Source: an uncultured Phycisphaerales bacterium (GTDB lineage: Bacteria > Planctomycetota > Phycisphaerae > Tepidisphaerales > Tepidisphaeraceae). Taken from it: a stretch of DNA of 64,000 nucleotides. How positions within the stretch are numbered: position 1 is the stretch's first letter; the number at the start of each line of letters is the position of its first letter. Below, in pieces: positions 11,927 through 22,451 of this stretch. Where the stretch lies: positions 480,001-544,000 of the forward strand of contig CAWJPJ010000008.1 in NCBI GenBank assembly GCA_963844715.1, given 5' to 3'. Below the pieces are notes generated by a model. It saw only the letters and a list, made by a program, of their open reading frames with translations. It did not search any database and was not told the DNA's origin. A program made the translations under genes and the position numbers.

Positions 11927-12934
11927 TCACGGCTCCGGTTCGACATCGAGCATCTTGAGCACAACCAGGTCCTGCACGTCGATCAGCCCAACGGGACGAT
12001 CCTGATCGTCCACCACGGGCAATTCGTCAATTCGATATTGTCGAAGGATCGCCATCGCCTCGCTCGCCAGCGCGGATTCGGAGATGCGTTTGGGATTGGC
12101 GGTCATGACTTGCGCGATGGGGCGCGCCAGGGCGCTGACGTCGTTGTCGGTCACAAGTCGGCGGAGATCGCCGTCGGAGAAGATGCCGGATAGTTTTCCG
12201 GTCTTGTCCACGAGAATGACCGCGCCGCTGCGCCGCTTGATCTGGCTCACTTCGTGCAAGACCTGCCCGACGGACAATTGATCCGACGCGACAGGAAGAT
12301 TTTCGCCAAGACGGAAAGTCATCGCTTCCTTGACGCGGATGAGCTTCCTCCCCAGTTGCCCCGCGGGGTGGAACATCGCGAAATCCTCGGCCGTAAAATC
12401 GTGCAGCTTCATCACCGTCAAAGCCAGCGCATCGCCGAGCGCGCCCATGGCGGTGGTCGAGGCGCTGGGCGCCAGACCCAGGGGGCACGGCTCGGGAATC
12501 GTACCGATCTCAATGACTACATCGGAAAACTTCCCCAGGCCGCTGAAGGCCGAGCCGGTTATCGAAATCACCGGATGATTCAATTTTTTGAGCAGGTTCA
12601 AGAGGCGCAGAATCTCATCGCTTTCGCCGCTGGCGGAGAGGATGAGAACGACGTCCCCTTTTCGCACCGAGCCGAGATCGCCATGCACGGCATCGGCGGG
12701 AGAGAGGAAATGGCTGGGCGTGCCGGTGCTGGCGAGTGTTGCCGAGAGCTTTCGCGCTACGTGGCCTGCCTTACCGATCCCGCTGGTCAGGACCGATCCC
12801 TTGCAGTCCTGGATCAATCGGACGGCCTTTACAAATGCCGGCCCCAGCGCCGCGGCCATCCCCTCGACGGCCTTGGCCTCCGCCTGGAGCACGTCCCGGG
12901 CAAACTGAATGATCGAATCGTCTTTCAAGAACAT
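11927..12934 (-). CDS. kdsD: KpsF/GutQ family arabinose-5-phosphate isomerase (SIS + 2 CBS)
   Basis: SGIGKAGHVARKLSATLASTGTPSHF, HGDLG, GLAPSAST, FHPAGQLG, CBS pair. Confidence 0.93.
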   Translation of the reverse strand: MFLKDDSIIQFARDVLQAEAKAVEGMAAALGPAFVKAVRLIQDCKGSVLTSGIGKAGHVARKLSATLASTGTPSHFLSPADAVHGDLGSVRKGDVVLILSASGESDEILRLLNLLKKLNHPVISITGSAFSGLGKFSDVVIEIGTIPEPCPLGLAPSASTTAMGALGDALALTVMKLHDFTAEDFAMFHPAGQLGRKLIRVKEAMTFRLGENLPVASDQLSVGQVLHEVSQIKRRSGAVILVDKTGKLSGIFSDGDLRRLVTDNDVSALARPIAQVMTANPKRISESALASEAMAILRQYRIDELPVVDDQDRPVGLIDVQDLVVLKMLDVEPEP

Positions 12935-12980
12935 TGGATTATGAAGCACGGGACACTAAAATCAATTGCCCCAACCAAGG

Positions 12981-13839
12981 ATGGACGTGGAATATCGCGT
13001 GGAATTGGATGTTTACAACGGCCCGCTGGACCTGCTCCTTTACCTGATCCGCCGCGACGAACTGGACATCTACGACATCCCCATCACCAGGATTCTCGAT
13101 AGCTACATGGAATATATGGAAATGCTCCGGGGGATGGAGCGCGAAGAGGGGCTGGATATCAACGTGGCCGGGGAGTTTCTGGTGATGGCGGCGACGCTGA
13201 TGGAAATCAAAAGCGCGATGCTGCTTCCCAAGCAGCCCGCCGCGACCGGGGAGGGATCATCGGCGGCGGAGGAACTGGCCGATCCTGCGCCAGGAACTGG
13301 TTCGGCAATTGTTGGAATACAAGAAGCTCAAGGACTCCGCCGCGCTGCTTCAACAGAGACAGCAAACGCAGGAGCAGCGATTCGCGCGTTCCCCCGCGCC
13401 GCTGGCGGGGCACGCCGATGAGCCGCCGCCGCTGGATTTGGAAGAGGTGCAAATCTGGGATTTGCTGACGGCGTTTGGCCGCTTGATGCGGGAGGTGACG
13501 GTTCGCACGCCGCGCGAGCACGAGGTGATCTACGACGACACGCCGATCGATCTGCACGCCGCCGACATCATGGACCGCCTGGGCCGCGAGGGGAGATTGA
13601 CGCTGCGCGCCCTGATTCTCGGCCGGCGCAGCCGCAGCGAGATGATTGGGATTTTCCTGGCCATTCTGGAACTGATCCGCCAGAAAAAAATCGCCGTGGC
13701 GCAGTCGGCGGATTTGGGCGAGTTGGATATTGAGCCTGCCTCGCCCGTTCATCTCGAATCATCCGACGCACCGGCCCCGTCGGAACCGGTCCCGTCGGAA
13801 CCGGCCCCGGCGGCGCCGCAGCCGGAAAATCTGGCATGA
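12981..13839 (+). CDS. scpA: Segregation and condensation protein A (frameshift near 13288)
   Basis: YNGPLDLLLYLI, EFLVMAATLMEIKSAMLLP; FLAILELIR winged-helix C-terminus. Confidence 0.92.
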
Positions 13840-14774
13840 AGACTTTCTGGCTGGGGCTCGTCCTGATCCTCGCCGCCGAATGCCTGCTCTTTTACGACGT
13901 TCGATCTTCAAATCGCGGCCATATTGAAAGCGAATCGGCGATTCTTTCGCTGCCGGGTCCCACTACGCCCCTGGCTTGGGCCGCGCGGTGGACCGCCGTT
14001 TACATGACGCCGATCGCGTGGTTCGGGTACCTGTTTGTTCTGGACGGGCTTCTGGCTCGCTCCAGTGCGGGAAGCCCGGCGCGGCGGCGGCCTCACGCCT
14101 TTGCTTTCTGCTGCCTGTGCAGCATCGTGATCTGGTGCGTCTTTGACGTGATCAACTTTTATTGCTTTTCCCCGCCGGCATGGACGTATATCACGCCGGT
14201 GCTGAATTGGCCGCAGCGATTTATTGGTTATGTGATCGCCTTCGCGGCCGAGCTACCGGCAATGTTCATGAGCGGACAGGTGCTCTTCGATCGGCTGAAG
14301 CTGGATCGCCTTCGCAGCCGGCCCTGGCGGTTGCCGGGTTGGGCGATGGGGGTGATCAGCGTCGCCGGAGCCGGATTGCTCGCCTGGGCGATTCTCGGAC
14401 GCAACTCCATCGCCAATTACGGCCTTTGGTGCAGCTTTTTCTTTTTGCTCGACCCGATCAATCTAAAGCTCGGCCGGCCCAGCCTTTTGAAAGATTGGCA
14501 GGAAGGCCGCTACGGCCGCACCCTCGCGCTCTTCGCCGGCGGCTTATGCTGTGGGTTCCTTTGGGAGTTTTGGAATTACTGGGCGCTGAGCAAATGGGTC
14601 TACCATCTCCCCTTTCTGGGCGGCGTCGAGCAGATCAAGTATTTCGAAATGCCGGTCCCGGGTTTATTGGGGTTCCTGCCATTCGGAGCGGCGTGTTGGG
14701 CAATGTGGCAAACCGCCGCCACACCCCTTCGCGGACTCGCCGAGCCGCTGCCGAATGACGTGACCCTCATTTAG
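13836..14774 (+). CDS. Integral membrane protein of unknown function
   Basis: Multiple hydrophobic helices, GFLWEFWNYW...KWVY and FEMPVPGLLGF motifs; ATGA overlap with scpA. Confidence 0.75.
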   Translation: MKTFWLGLVLILAAECLLFYDVRSSNRGHIESESAILSLPGPTTPLAWAARWTAVYMTPIAWFGYLFVLDGLLARSSAGSPARRRPHAFAFCCLCSIVIWCVFDVINFYCFSPPAWTYITPVLNWPQRFIGYVIAFAAELPAMFMSGQVLFDRLKLDRLRSRPWRLPGWAMGVISVAGAGLLAWAILGRNSIANYGLWCSFFFLLDPINLKLGRPSLLKDWQEGRYGRTLALFAGGLCCGFLWEFWNYWALSKWVYHLPFLGGVEQIKYFEMPVPGLLGFLPFGAACWAMWQTAATPLRGLAEPLPNDVTLI

Positions 14775-14796
14775 CTGCTATGATTGACCTCCAACT

Positions 14797-15369
14797 ATGA
14801 TCCGCTCCGCGACCATCCATGATGTTTTGCGCATCCAGGAGATCATCAACAGCCACGCCGAGCTGGGGAAGATGCTCTTCAAGAGTTTGGCGCAGATTTA
14901 CGAATCACTGCGCGATTTCGCGGTGTATGAAACCGACGGTGAGATGATCGACGGCGAGCGCTCCGGCCCTCGGCCGCGCGTGATCGGGTGCGTGGCGTTA
15001 TCGATCATCTGGGCCGATCTGGCGGAAGTGCGTTCGCTCGCCGTCGAGGAGGAGTTTCGCGGGCGGGGAGTCGGCCGGCGGCTGGTGGAATGGGCCATCG
15101 ACGAATCCCGCCGCCTGCAAATCCGAAAACTCATGGCCCTGACCTACGAACAGGCTTTTTTTGAAAAGCTGGGATTTGAAGTCGTCACCAAGGAGAGCCT
15201 GCCATTGAAGACCTGGAGCGACTGCGTGCGCTGCCCGAAGCGCGACGGGTGCGACGAGATCGCGATGGTTTATTCGCTGAAGGATGTGCCGATGATCGTG
15301 ATGCACCAGGCTCCGCCGACGCCTCGAGGAATGAGCGTGCCGGTGTTTGAGGGTCCGGTGGAAGACTAG
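14797..15369 (+). CDS. GNAT N-acetyltransferase, short ArgA-like
   Basis: [37 protein letters not shown]. Confidence 0.85.
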   Translation: MIRSATIHDVLRIQEIINSHAELGKMLFKSLAQIYESLRDFAVYETDGEMIDGERSGPRPRVIGCVALSIIWADLAEVRSLAVEEEFRGRGVGRRLVEWAIDESRRLQIRKLMALTYEQAFFEKLGFEVVTKESLPLKTWSDCVRCPKRDGCDEIAMVYSLKDVPMIVMHQAPPTPRGMSVPVFEGPVED

Positions 15370-15393
15370 GTTCTTTGCGAGTACACTTTATTC

Positions 15394-16516
15394 ATGCTCC
15401 ACGAGAATCTTTCCCAATCGATCGAAGACCTTTCATCCCGGATGTTCGCCATTCGGGACTCTCTTTGACCTGCCTGCCAGGCAATCGCGCAGAAAAGAAC
15501 TGGAAACGCAGATGAGCGACGCCGGGTTCTGGAACAACCAGGACCAGGCCAAGCGCGTCGTCGCGGAAGTGAAGACGCTTAAGGCGGCGATTGAGCCGGT
15601 CGAGGAGATGCTGCGCGGGGTGGAGGACGTGCGGGCGCTGTATCAACTGGCCAAGGAAGCCGGGGACGACGCCTCGATGCAGGAGGCGGATCAAACGCTG
15701 GATCAGCTCGAGAAAAAAGCCGAAAAGGTGGAGCTGCAATCGCTTCTGGATGGAAAGAACGACCCGCGGAATTGTTTCGTGCAGATTCATGCCGGCGCGG
15801 GCGGAACCGAGGCGCAGGATTGGGCGGAAATGCTGCTGCGCATGTATCTCTATCATTTCGAGCGGCGCGGGTGGGACGTTTCGGAAGTCGATCGCAATTG
15901 GGGCGAGCAGGCGGGAATCAAGAACGTCACGCTGCTGGTCAAGGGGCAATACGCCTATGGGTATATGCGCGCCGAATCGGGCGTGCATCGGCTGGTCCGC
16001 CCCAGCCCGTTCAATGGCAGGGAAAACGGCAAACGAGCTTCGCCTCCGTCGATGTGGTGCCGGATTTTGAGGAGGACGATTCGGAAATCGAAATTCCCGA
16101 GGGCGATCTGGATATCGTGGCGTTCGTGGCGCGCCAGCGGCCCCGGCGGGCAGAACGTGAATAAAGTCGCCACCGCCGTGCGCATCACACACAAGCCGAC
16201 GGGGATTCAAGTCACCTGCTCCGTCGAGCGAAGCCAGCAGCAGAACAAGCGGCTGGCGCTGGCCCTGCTCAAAGGGCGCCTCGAGCAGATCGAGCAGGCG
16301 AAGCGCGACGAGGAACTCAAGGCGTTATACGGCGACAAGGGCTCGATCGCCTGGGGGAATCAGATCCGCAGCTATGTTCTGGACGATCGCCGCGTGAAGG
16401 ATCATCGCACAGGGGTGGAGACGACGAACGTGGAAAGCGTGTTGGATCGCGGGGAACTCGACGCGTTTATTGATGCCGAACTGCGGCGGAAAAAGAAGGC
16501 CCGGGCCGGAAAATAA
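15394..16516 (+). CDS. prfB: Peptide chain release factor 2 with programmed +1 frameshift at CTT TGA C (15463-15469); two further compensating indels near 16017 and 16130
   Basis: MLHENLSQ...RDSL* then +1 frame [29 protein letters not shown] (SPF), [11 protein letters not shown]. Confidence 0.95.
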
Positions 16517-16633
16517 GGGCGCAACGTCCCATATTCGCGCTTTGTTTGGTTCCTTAGCAATATTCAGGCGGGAAGACTCGTTAAGCGGGGCGTCCCATTA
16601 CTCGATTAGAGAAGTGGGAGACCCTGAACGACA

Positions 16634-17554
16634 ATGTCGGCACTACCGTCACGACCGCCCGCGGCCGCACCTCCGCCAAGTTCGGATGCCCTGATTCGGC
16701 AGGCCATTCGCAAAGTGGCCGCCCTCGCCACTTTGCCGCAGGTCGCCAGCAAAATTGTCCAGATCGTCGAGGACCCGCACAGCAACGCACATCATCTTAA
16801 ACAGGTAATTTGCAACGACCCCGCGCTATCGACGCGAATTCTGAAAGTGGTCAACAGCGCCTTCTACGGCCTGCCCGGGCAGGTGAATTCCGTCGACCGC
16901 GCGATCGTCATGCTGGGTTTCCGCGAGGTGAAGAATATCGCCATGGCGGCGAACCTGAGCGTGCTGTTCCGCGGCGCGGAACTGAGCGGGCCGTTCACGG
17001 CTGAGGATCTGTGGCGGCATTGCGTGGCGGTGGGCGTCGCGTCCAGGCAGTTGGCGAAAAAAACTCGCCGGCTTAATGGACGCGGCTCCGACGCATTTCT
17101 CGCCGGGCTCATCCACGACCTGGGACTTCTGATCCATCTACAAGTCAATCCGGAAAAACTCGGTCAGGTCTGCAAAACCGCCCAGGAGCAAATCCTGGCC
17201 GGGTCGCAAACCGTCAATTTCTGCGCCCTGGAGCGCAACATCATCGGGGTCGATCACGAACAACTCGGCCAGGCGATGACCGAATATTGGCGCTTCCCGG
17301 AAGAATTCCAGCAGGTGGTCGGATTTCATCATCATCCCAAGCTCTCTCGGAGCGATACGCGCGAGATCGTCAATCTGGTTTATGTGGCCGACACGCTGGT
17401 TTGCCGAATGGACGACTGTTTCAACGCCACGGCACGGTGCCAGCAGTGGGACCAGGCCGTGCTCGAAGAGCTGGGTCTGGACGAGGCGAAGATTCAGGGC
17501 GTGTTTGCGGAGCTTCCGGAGATGATTTCGGATGCGGCGGCGATCTTTAAATAA
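16634..17554 (+). CDS. HDOD domain protein
   Basis: DPALSTRILKVVNSAFYG, LWRHCVAV, AFLAGLIHDLG, WRFP...HHHP. Confidence 0.92.
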   Translation: MSALPSRPPAAAPPPSSDALIRQAIRKVAALATLPQVASKIVQIVEDPHSNAHHLKQVICNDPALSTRILKVVNSAFYGLPGQVNSVDRAIVMLGFREVKNIAMAANLSVLFRGAELSGPFTAEDLWRHCVAVGVASRQLAKKTRRLNGRGSDAFLAGLIHDLGLLIHLQVNPEKLGQVCKTAQEQILAGSQTVNFCALERNIIGVDHEQLGQAMTEYWRFPEEFQQVVGFHHHPKLSRSDTREIVNLVYVADTLVCRMDDCFNATARCQQWDQAVLEELGLDEAKIQGVFAELPEMISDAAAIFK

Positions 17555-17618
17555 GCATATAGCGACGGAGAGACAAAGGGACGGAGAGACGAAGTGGGGG
17601 GTCGCCGCGGCGATCTAG

Positions 17619-18993
17619 CAGGACGCTGAAAAACCCTCTTGACGAATGTTCTCGGTGGCGCTGAACTGTGTGACACCCAGACACGGAGGTCATTCATGCG
17701 AGGCAAGGCCGATCCCCAATCCATTTTGTTCATCGCGGCCATCGATCTGGAACAACGCGTCCGTCCTGATCATCCGCTGCGGGCCGTGAAGTGCATGGTC
17801 GATGAAGACTTGAAGGCCATGAGTCGGCGTTTTGATGCCGCCTACGCGGCCGAAGGCCGGCCCAGCGTGCCGCCGGAGCGGCTGATCAAGGCGTTGCTTT
17901 TGCAATCGATCTATTCGATTCGCTCCGAGGCGCAGCTCGTGGAACGGATTGATCACGACCTGCTGTTCCGTTGGTTTTTGGACCTGCGGATCGACGAAGA
18001 GGTATTCGACGCCACCGTCTTCTCGCACAATCGCGGGCGGCTGGAAGAGCACGGGCTGATCGGCGCGTTTTTCGACGGCACGGTGCGTCGGGCCATCGCC
18101 GCGGGACTGGTCAGCCCCGACCACTTCTCGGTGGATGGCTCGCTGATCGAGGCGTATGCGTCGATCAAGAGCTTCAAACCCAGGGATGAAAAGGACAAAA
18201 AAGACAATGATGCGGGAGATAACAACGGTTTTAAGGGCCGCAACGCCGAGGTGGACTTCCACGGCCAGAAGCGGTCCAACGACACCCACGAATCAACCAC
18301 CGATTCCGACGCGAAGCTGGTCCGCAAGAGCGACGGCAAGCCGGCGTTGCTCAGCCATGCGCTGCACGCGATCGTGGAGAACCGCCACGGGCTGGTGCTG
18401 GCGGTGGAAGTCAACTCGCCGCTGGAGAACAGCGAGCCGGTCACCGCGTTGTCGCTGATCGATCGGGTCAAGAAACGTTTTGGGCTCAAACCCAAGACGG
18501 TTGGGGCCGACAAGGGGTACGACCAGGGTCCGCTGTTGCGTGGGCTGGAGCGAAGAAGAATCCGTCCGCACGTGGCGGTGAAGGAGGGCAAGATCGGCGG
18601 CGACACCGCCGCCTATCGCTGGAAGAACCGAGCCAACATCGCGGCCCGCCAGCGGATGCGTCGGCGCGCGAAGACCCTCGGTTACGCCATCAGCCAGCGT
18701 TGCCGCAAGAAGATCGAGGAATGGATCGGCTGGGCCAAGACGATCGGCGGCCTGTATCGCACCCGGTTGATCGGACATTCAAAAACCGGCCAGCAGGCCC
18801 ACCTGGCCGGGGCGGCGTTCAATCTGATCCGGATGCGCAACCTGAGTACCGTGTGAAACTCAACCTGGGCATGCAATCCGCCAACGAACTCGAACGAACT
18901 GAAGCCCTTGGAACGATCCGAGATGGAACCCGCCATTGAAAAGCGGCCAACAGACAGGAAAATGCGCCAACTCCCGAGTTTTTCAGCGTCCTG
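17619..18993 (+). mobile_element. Complete IS5-family insertion sequence (1375 bp) with CTAG target duplication
   Basis: Perfect 16-bp terminal IRs CAGGACGCTGAAAAAC (17619-17634) / GTTTTTCAGCGTCCTG (18978-18993), flanked by CTAG at 17615-17618 and 18994-18997. Confidence 0.93.
17696..18856 (+). CDS. IS5-family DDE transposase
   Basis: GRPSVPPERL, LFRWFL, VDGSLI, GADKGYD, RKKIEE; uninterrupted. Confidence 0.93.
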   Translation: MRGKADPQSILFIAAIDLEQRVRPDHPLRAVKCMVDEDLKAMSRRFDAAYAAEGRPSVPPERLIKALLLQSIYSIRSEAQLVERIDHDLLFRWFLDLRIDEEVFDATVFSHNRGRLEEHGLIGAFFDGTVRRAIAAGLVSPDHFSVDGSLIEAYASIKSFKPRDEKDKKDNDAGDNNGFKGRNAEVDFHGQKRSNDTHESTTDSDAKLVRKSDGKPALLSHALHAIVENRHGLVLAVEVNSPLENSEPVTALSLIDRVKKRFGLKPKTVGADKGYDQGPLLRGLERRRIRPHVAVKEGKIGGDTAAYRWKNRANIAARQRMRRRAKTLGYAISQRCRKKIEEWIGWAKTIGGLYRTRLIGHSKTGQQAHLAGAAFNLIRMRNLSTV

Positions 18994-19043
18994 CTAGAGG
19001 GTCGACAGTTGAGAGTAGAAAGCGGAGAAGACGGCGGGGCTTT

Positions 19044-19850
19044 TTATTTCGCCAAGCGAGCGACTAGGCGCCAGACCTGGTGGGGGCCGAGGGGTCTTGC
19101 GCGGGTTTTGTTGAAATCGTTTACAAGCTGATCGAACCGCGGGGTGTAGGGGAGGCGGTCGCGTTTGCCTATGTCTTGGCCTAGGAGTTGTTTTAGGGCT
19201 TCTTGTTGTTCGGGGGTGAGGCGCGGGGGCGGGCCGGTGGCGGGGCCTAGGCGGGGGAGTTTGCCGGCTTTGCGGAGGTTGAGGAGTTGGCGCCAGACTT
19301 CGCCGCGGGTGGGGTGGGGAGTTTGTTTGGCGGCGTAGAGGCTCCAAAGCTTTTCGAATTGAGGCGTGTAGGGGAGATCGTCGGCGGTTCGCGCGATTTT
19401 TTGATAGAGGTCGATCAGCAGATCGGGTTGTGCCGATGCCTCGGGTTCGACTCCTGCAAATAAAGCGGTCGGCGCGGCGGCGTCTTCGACCGCGGCTGAA
19501 TCGCCTGTTTCCGTTGTTCGATCCAGGAGCAATAGCACATTTCCGAATGGATCGCGCACGGCGGCCGTGTATCCGCGCGAAACGGCGCGCGGCGGATGTA
19601 CGAACGAAAGCTTCAATTCCTCCCGCCGATCGTAGAGTAGCCGAACATCATCGACGAGATAATAGACTTCCCCGCTGGTTTGATCGGGATCGGAGCGGAG
19701 GACCAGTTCGGTCGCGCCATCCGACATCAAAAAACTGGCGGCTTGCTTGTCCTGGCGGAGTAATTTCAATCCAAGCGTGTCGCGATAGTAGACGACCGCG
19801 CTTCCAAGGGCGGGAACGCTGAGGAGAATTCGGTCGATTCTACGAAGCAT
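19044..19850 (-). CDS. VOC/glyoxalase domain fused to two tandem helical repeats
   Basis: YYRDTLGL...RDPFGNVL VOC fold; repeats DDLPYTPQFEKL...VWRQL and DRLPYTPRFDQL...VWRLV. Confidence 0.8.
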   Translation of the reverse strand: MLRRIDRILLSVPALGSAVVYYRDTLGLKLLRQDKQAASFLMSDGATELVLRSDPDQTSGEVYYLVDDVRLLYDRREELKLSFVHPPRAVSRGYTAAVRDPFGNVLLLLDRTTETGDSAAVEDAAAPTALFAGVEPEASAQPDLLIDLYQKIARTADDLPYTPQFEKLWSLYAAKQTPHPTRGEVWRQLLNLRKAGKLPRLGPATGPPPRLTPEQQEALKQLLGQDIGKRDRLPYTPRFDQLVNDFNKTRARPLGPHQVWRLVARLAK

Positions 19851-19859
19851 GATTCTCCG

Positions 19860-21038
19860 TTATTTGCCGGGGCCGTCGTCAGTATCTTCCCGCTCGACTT
19901 GTTTCTGTTCGGATTCGGATGGGGCGTGGTATCCGCCGCGGAGGACGAAGAAACCGCCGGTCAGGTTCCAGATCATTTGGGTTAGGCGGATGGACATGGT
20001 GAGGGCGAAGGCTTGGCCGACGTTGACTCCCTGCGGCACTAGCAGGTTGATGGCGAAATATTCCATGACGCCGGCGCCCTGGGGACTGATCGGGATTGAA
20101 CCCACCAAGACGAGAACGGGGACGACCATCCAGTAATAGAAGGGTTTGATCGGCAATCCAAATGCGATGCCGCAGAACATGGCCGAGGTGATCACGACTG
20201 CGTGGACGGGGAAGCTGGCGAATAGGGCGCCGATGGCGAGCAGGGGCCGGCGGCCGTAGATGTGCATGGCTTCAATCGCCTTGACGACCTGTTTTTGCAT
20301 GGGCAGGCGGGGAATCAGGAAATCCAGGCCGCTGATTCGGCGCAAAATGGGGTTGTAAAACAGGATCATCCCGACCGCGGTGAGGGCAAGGATCAGCCCG
20401 CTGGTCACGGCGACCTGGCGGCATTTGTGGATGTGCCACTGCAAGCTCGCCATGACGCCGCCAAGAATAATTAGCGCGATCAAGCCGATGGCCCGATCGA
20501 CGAGGACCGACATCACGGCGCGGGTGCGATGGTGGGTTTGCTTGGCGACATAATACATTTTGAGCGCATCGCCGCCGGTCGAACCGAGCATGAAGGTGCT
20601 GTAGAAGAGCCCGACCATGTTCAGGACGAAGGTGCGCGTCACCGGCAGGCGAATGTCCAGCGCTTTGAGTAATTCATGCCAGCGGAAGCTGGTGATGATG
20701 ATGGTGAGGGGAAAAATCGCCAGGGCGGCGGCGAGCCATTTGGGCCTCGCCTGGCGGACCATCCGGATCACGCCGATTTCGACGATCGGATGATTTGGCG
20801 GGGGCTTGACCTCATCGCGCGGGACCGCAATCGGCTTGCCGGTGCGCGGATCGAGTACGGTGAAGGTGGGATCGGTGTCCTGGGCGTTTTGCGTCAGCAG
20901 GCTCAGCGGCTTTTGGCTGAGGCTGGGCACGTAGACCTGGTCGTGCCAGGACATCTTGCTGATAACATAGAGAATTCCAAAAACGGCGATGCCCCAGCGG
21001 ACGGTGGACCAAAGGATCGGGAGTAGCTTTTTGCGCAT
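19860..21038 (-). CDS. Lysylphosphatidylglycerol synthase TM-domain / flippase-like protein (UPF0104)
   Basis: RWHELL, GGDALK, VDRAIG, PISPQGAGVME. Confidence 0.85.
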   Translation of the reverse strand: MRKKLLPILWSTVRWGIAVFGILYVISKMSWHDQVYVPSLSQKPLSLLTQNAQDTDPTFTVLDPRTGKPIAVPRDEVKPPPNHPIVEIGVIRMVRQARPKWLAAALAIFPLTIIITSFRWHELLKALDIRLPVTRTFVLNMVGLFYSTFMLGSTGGDALKMYYVAKQTHHRTRAVMSVLVDRAIGLIALIILGGVMASLQWHIHKCRQVAVTSGLILALTAVGMILFYNPILRRISGLDFLIPRLPMQKQVVKAIEAMHIYGRRPLLAIGALFASFPVHAVVITSAMFCGIAFGLPIKPFYYWMVVPVLVLVGSIPISPQGAGVMEYFAINLLVPQGVNVGQAFALTMSIRLTQMIWNLTGGFFVLRGGYHAPSESEQKQVEREDTDDGPGK

Positions 21039-21127
21039 CGAAAAGTACCCGGGCATTATCGGCAAAATCGAGGCACTTTGCCAAGCGAACCGCATCCTCT
21101 ATAGTGTGGAGGGGAACGAGGCACTGC

Positions 21128-22204
21128 ATGATTGGGCGAAAGATTTGGATCCTCGCGCTGGCTGTCTACGCCGCCATCATGATCGGCGCCCTGTTTCATG
21201 GCGGGGCGGTTGCGGGCAGCGCCGAGGAGCTGCCGGCGGTGCAATCCCTGACGGGGATGCGCCGATTTACGGGCGTGGCCATCCAGCTTCAGCGCGTCGA
21301 TTGGGTTCCGCAGTATGAAAAGTTGATCGACAAAATCGCCGACGACGGCGCCGATACCGTTTCGCTGGTCGTCGATGCGCGGCAGGAGAATTTCCAAAGC
21401 GAATTCATGTATATCGATGTCCGCAAGACTATGTCGGACGCGCAACTCGCGGAGATTATCGATCACGCCAAGACCCGGCGCCTGCGGGTGATCCTCATGC
21501 CGATCGTTTTGCTCGACGATCCAAACGACACGCACTGGCGCGGCACGCTTGACCCGAAGGACTGGCACGAATGGTTCGAGAATTACCGCGACTTGCTGAC
21601 GCATTACGCCTGGATCGCCCAGGATCATAACGTCTATATGCTGGTCGTCGGGTCGGAACTGGTCACCTCCGAGGAGCACGTCGACGAATGGATCGACACC
21701 ATCAAGGCCGTGCGCGACATTTACAAGGGGAAGCTCACCTATTCCTCCAACTGGGACCGCTATCGCAAGGTGAAGTTCTGGAAATACCTCGACGTCATCG
21801 GCATGAACAGCTACTGGACCCTGGGCGAGGATCGCAATGTGACGGTCGATGAGATCAAGCAGAATTGGCAGGATATCCAGAAGGACATGTTTAAGTTCCT
21901 CGACGAGCAGCATAAGCCGGTGATTTTGCTCGAGGCCGGGTGGTGCAGCCTGGCCAACGCCGCCAAGGACCCATGGGATTACACGCAAAAGCAGCTTGAC
22001 GCGGACAACGATCTTCAGCGGAAGTTATACGAAGGTTTTTTTGAGAGTTGGTGGGGTCAACCCAGATTGGCGGGATTTGTGATCTGGTCGATGGACCCCG
22101 GCGGCGATCCCGACGGGCGCGGATACACGCCCCAGGACAAGCCCGCCGAACAGGTCATGCGGCATTGGCTCAGCCAGCCGCGTTGGGATATCATGGTGAA
22201 GTAA
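21128..22204 (+). CDS. Exported glycoside hydrolase, GH113-like TIM barrel
   Basis: Signal peptide, HWRG, VVGSEL, LTYSSNWD, LLEAGW, YTPQDKPA. Confidence 0.75.
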   Translation: MIGRKIWILALAVYAAIMIGALFHGGAVAGSAEELPAVQSLTGMRRFTGVAIQLQRVDWVPQYEKLIDKIADDGADTVSLVVDARQENFQSEFMYIDVRKTMSDAQLAEIIDHAKTRRLRVILMPIVLLDDPNDTHWRGTLDPKDWHEWFENYRDLLTHYAWIAQDHNVYMLVVGSELVTSEEHVDEWIDTIKAVRDIYKGKLTYSSNWDRYRKVKFWKYLDVIGMNSYWTLGEDRNVTVDEIKQNWQDIQKDMFKFLDEQHKPVILLEAGWCSLANAAKDPWDYTQKQLDADNDLQRKLYEGFFESWWGQPRLAGFVIWSMDPGGDPDGRGYTPQDKPAEQVMRHWLSQPRWDIMVK

Positions 22205-22222
22205 TTCGAGCTCCCGTCGGAG

Positions 22223-22435
22223 ATGTTTATGGTTCTCAAAGTGGTGATCGAACCGGGCGAAGATTCTGGCTTCGTCGCTCATGTCCCGGCCTTGCGCGGA
22301 TGTTGGTCGCAAGGAAAGACGCGCGATGAGGTATTGTCCAATATCCGCCAGGCGGTCGAAGCATGGCTGGAAGTCGAACAGGACAAGATGGAGCAGCCGG
22401 GTGGCGAGGAAGAAGTCGAGTTGATCACGGTATAA
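22223..22435 (+). CDS. hicB: HicB-like antitoxin
   Basis: GFVAHVPALRGCWSQGKTRDEVLSNIRQAV. Confidence 0.85.
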   Translation: MFMVLKVVIEPGEDSGFVAHVPALRGCWSQGKTRDEVLSNIRQAVEAWLEVEQDKMEQPGGEEEVELITV

Positions 22436-22451
22436 GGGCTGGAATGCGCGC

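Noticed and set aside
13771..13810. 15-bp tandem repeat CCGG(C/T)CCCGTCGGAA at the scpA 3' end
   Set aside because: Ordinary low-complexity Pro-rich tail (PSEP repeats).
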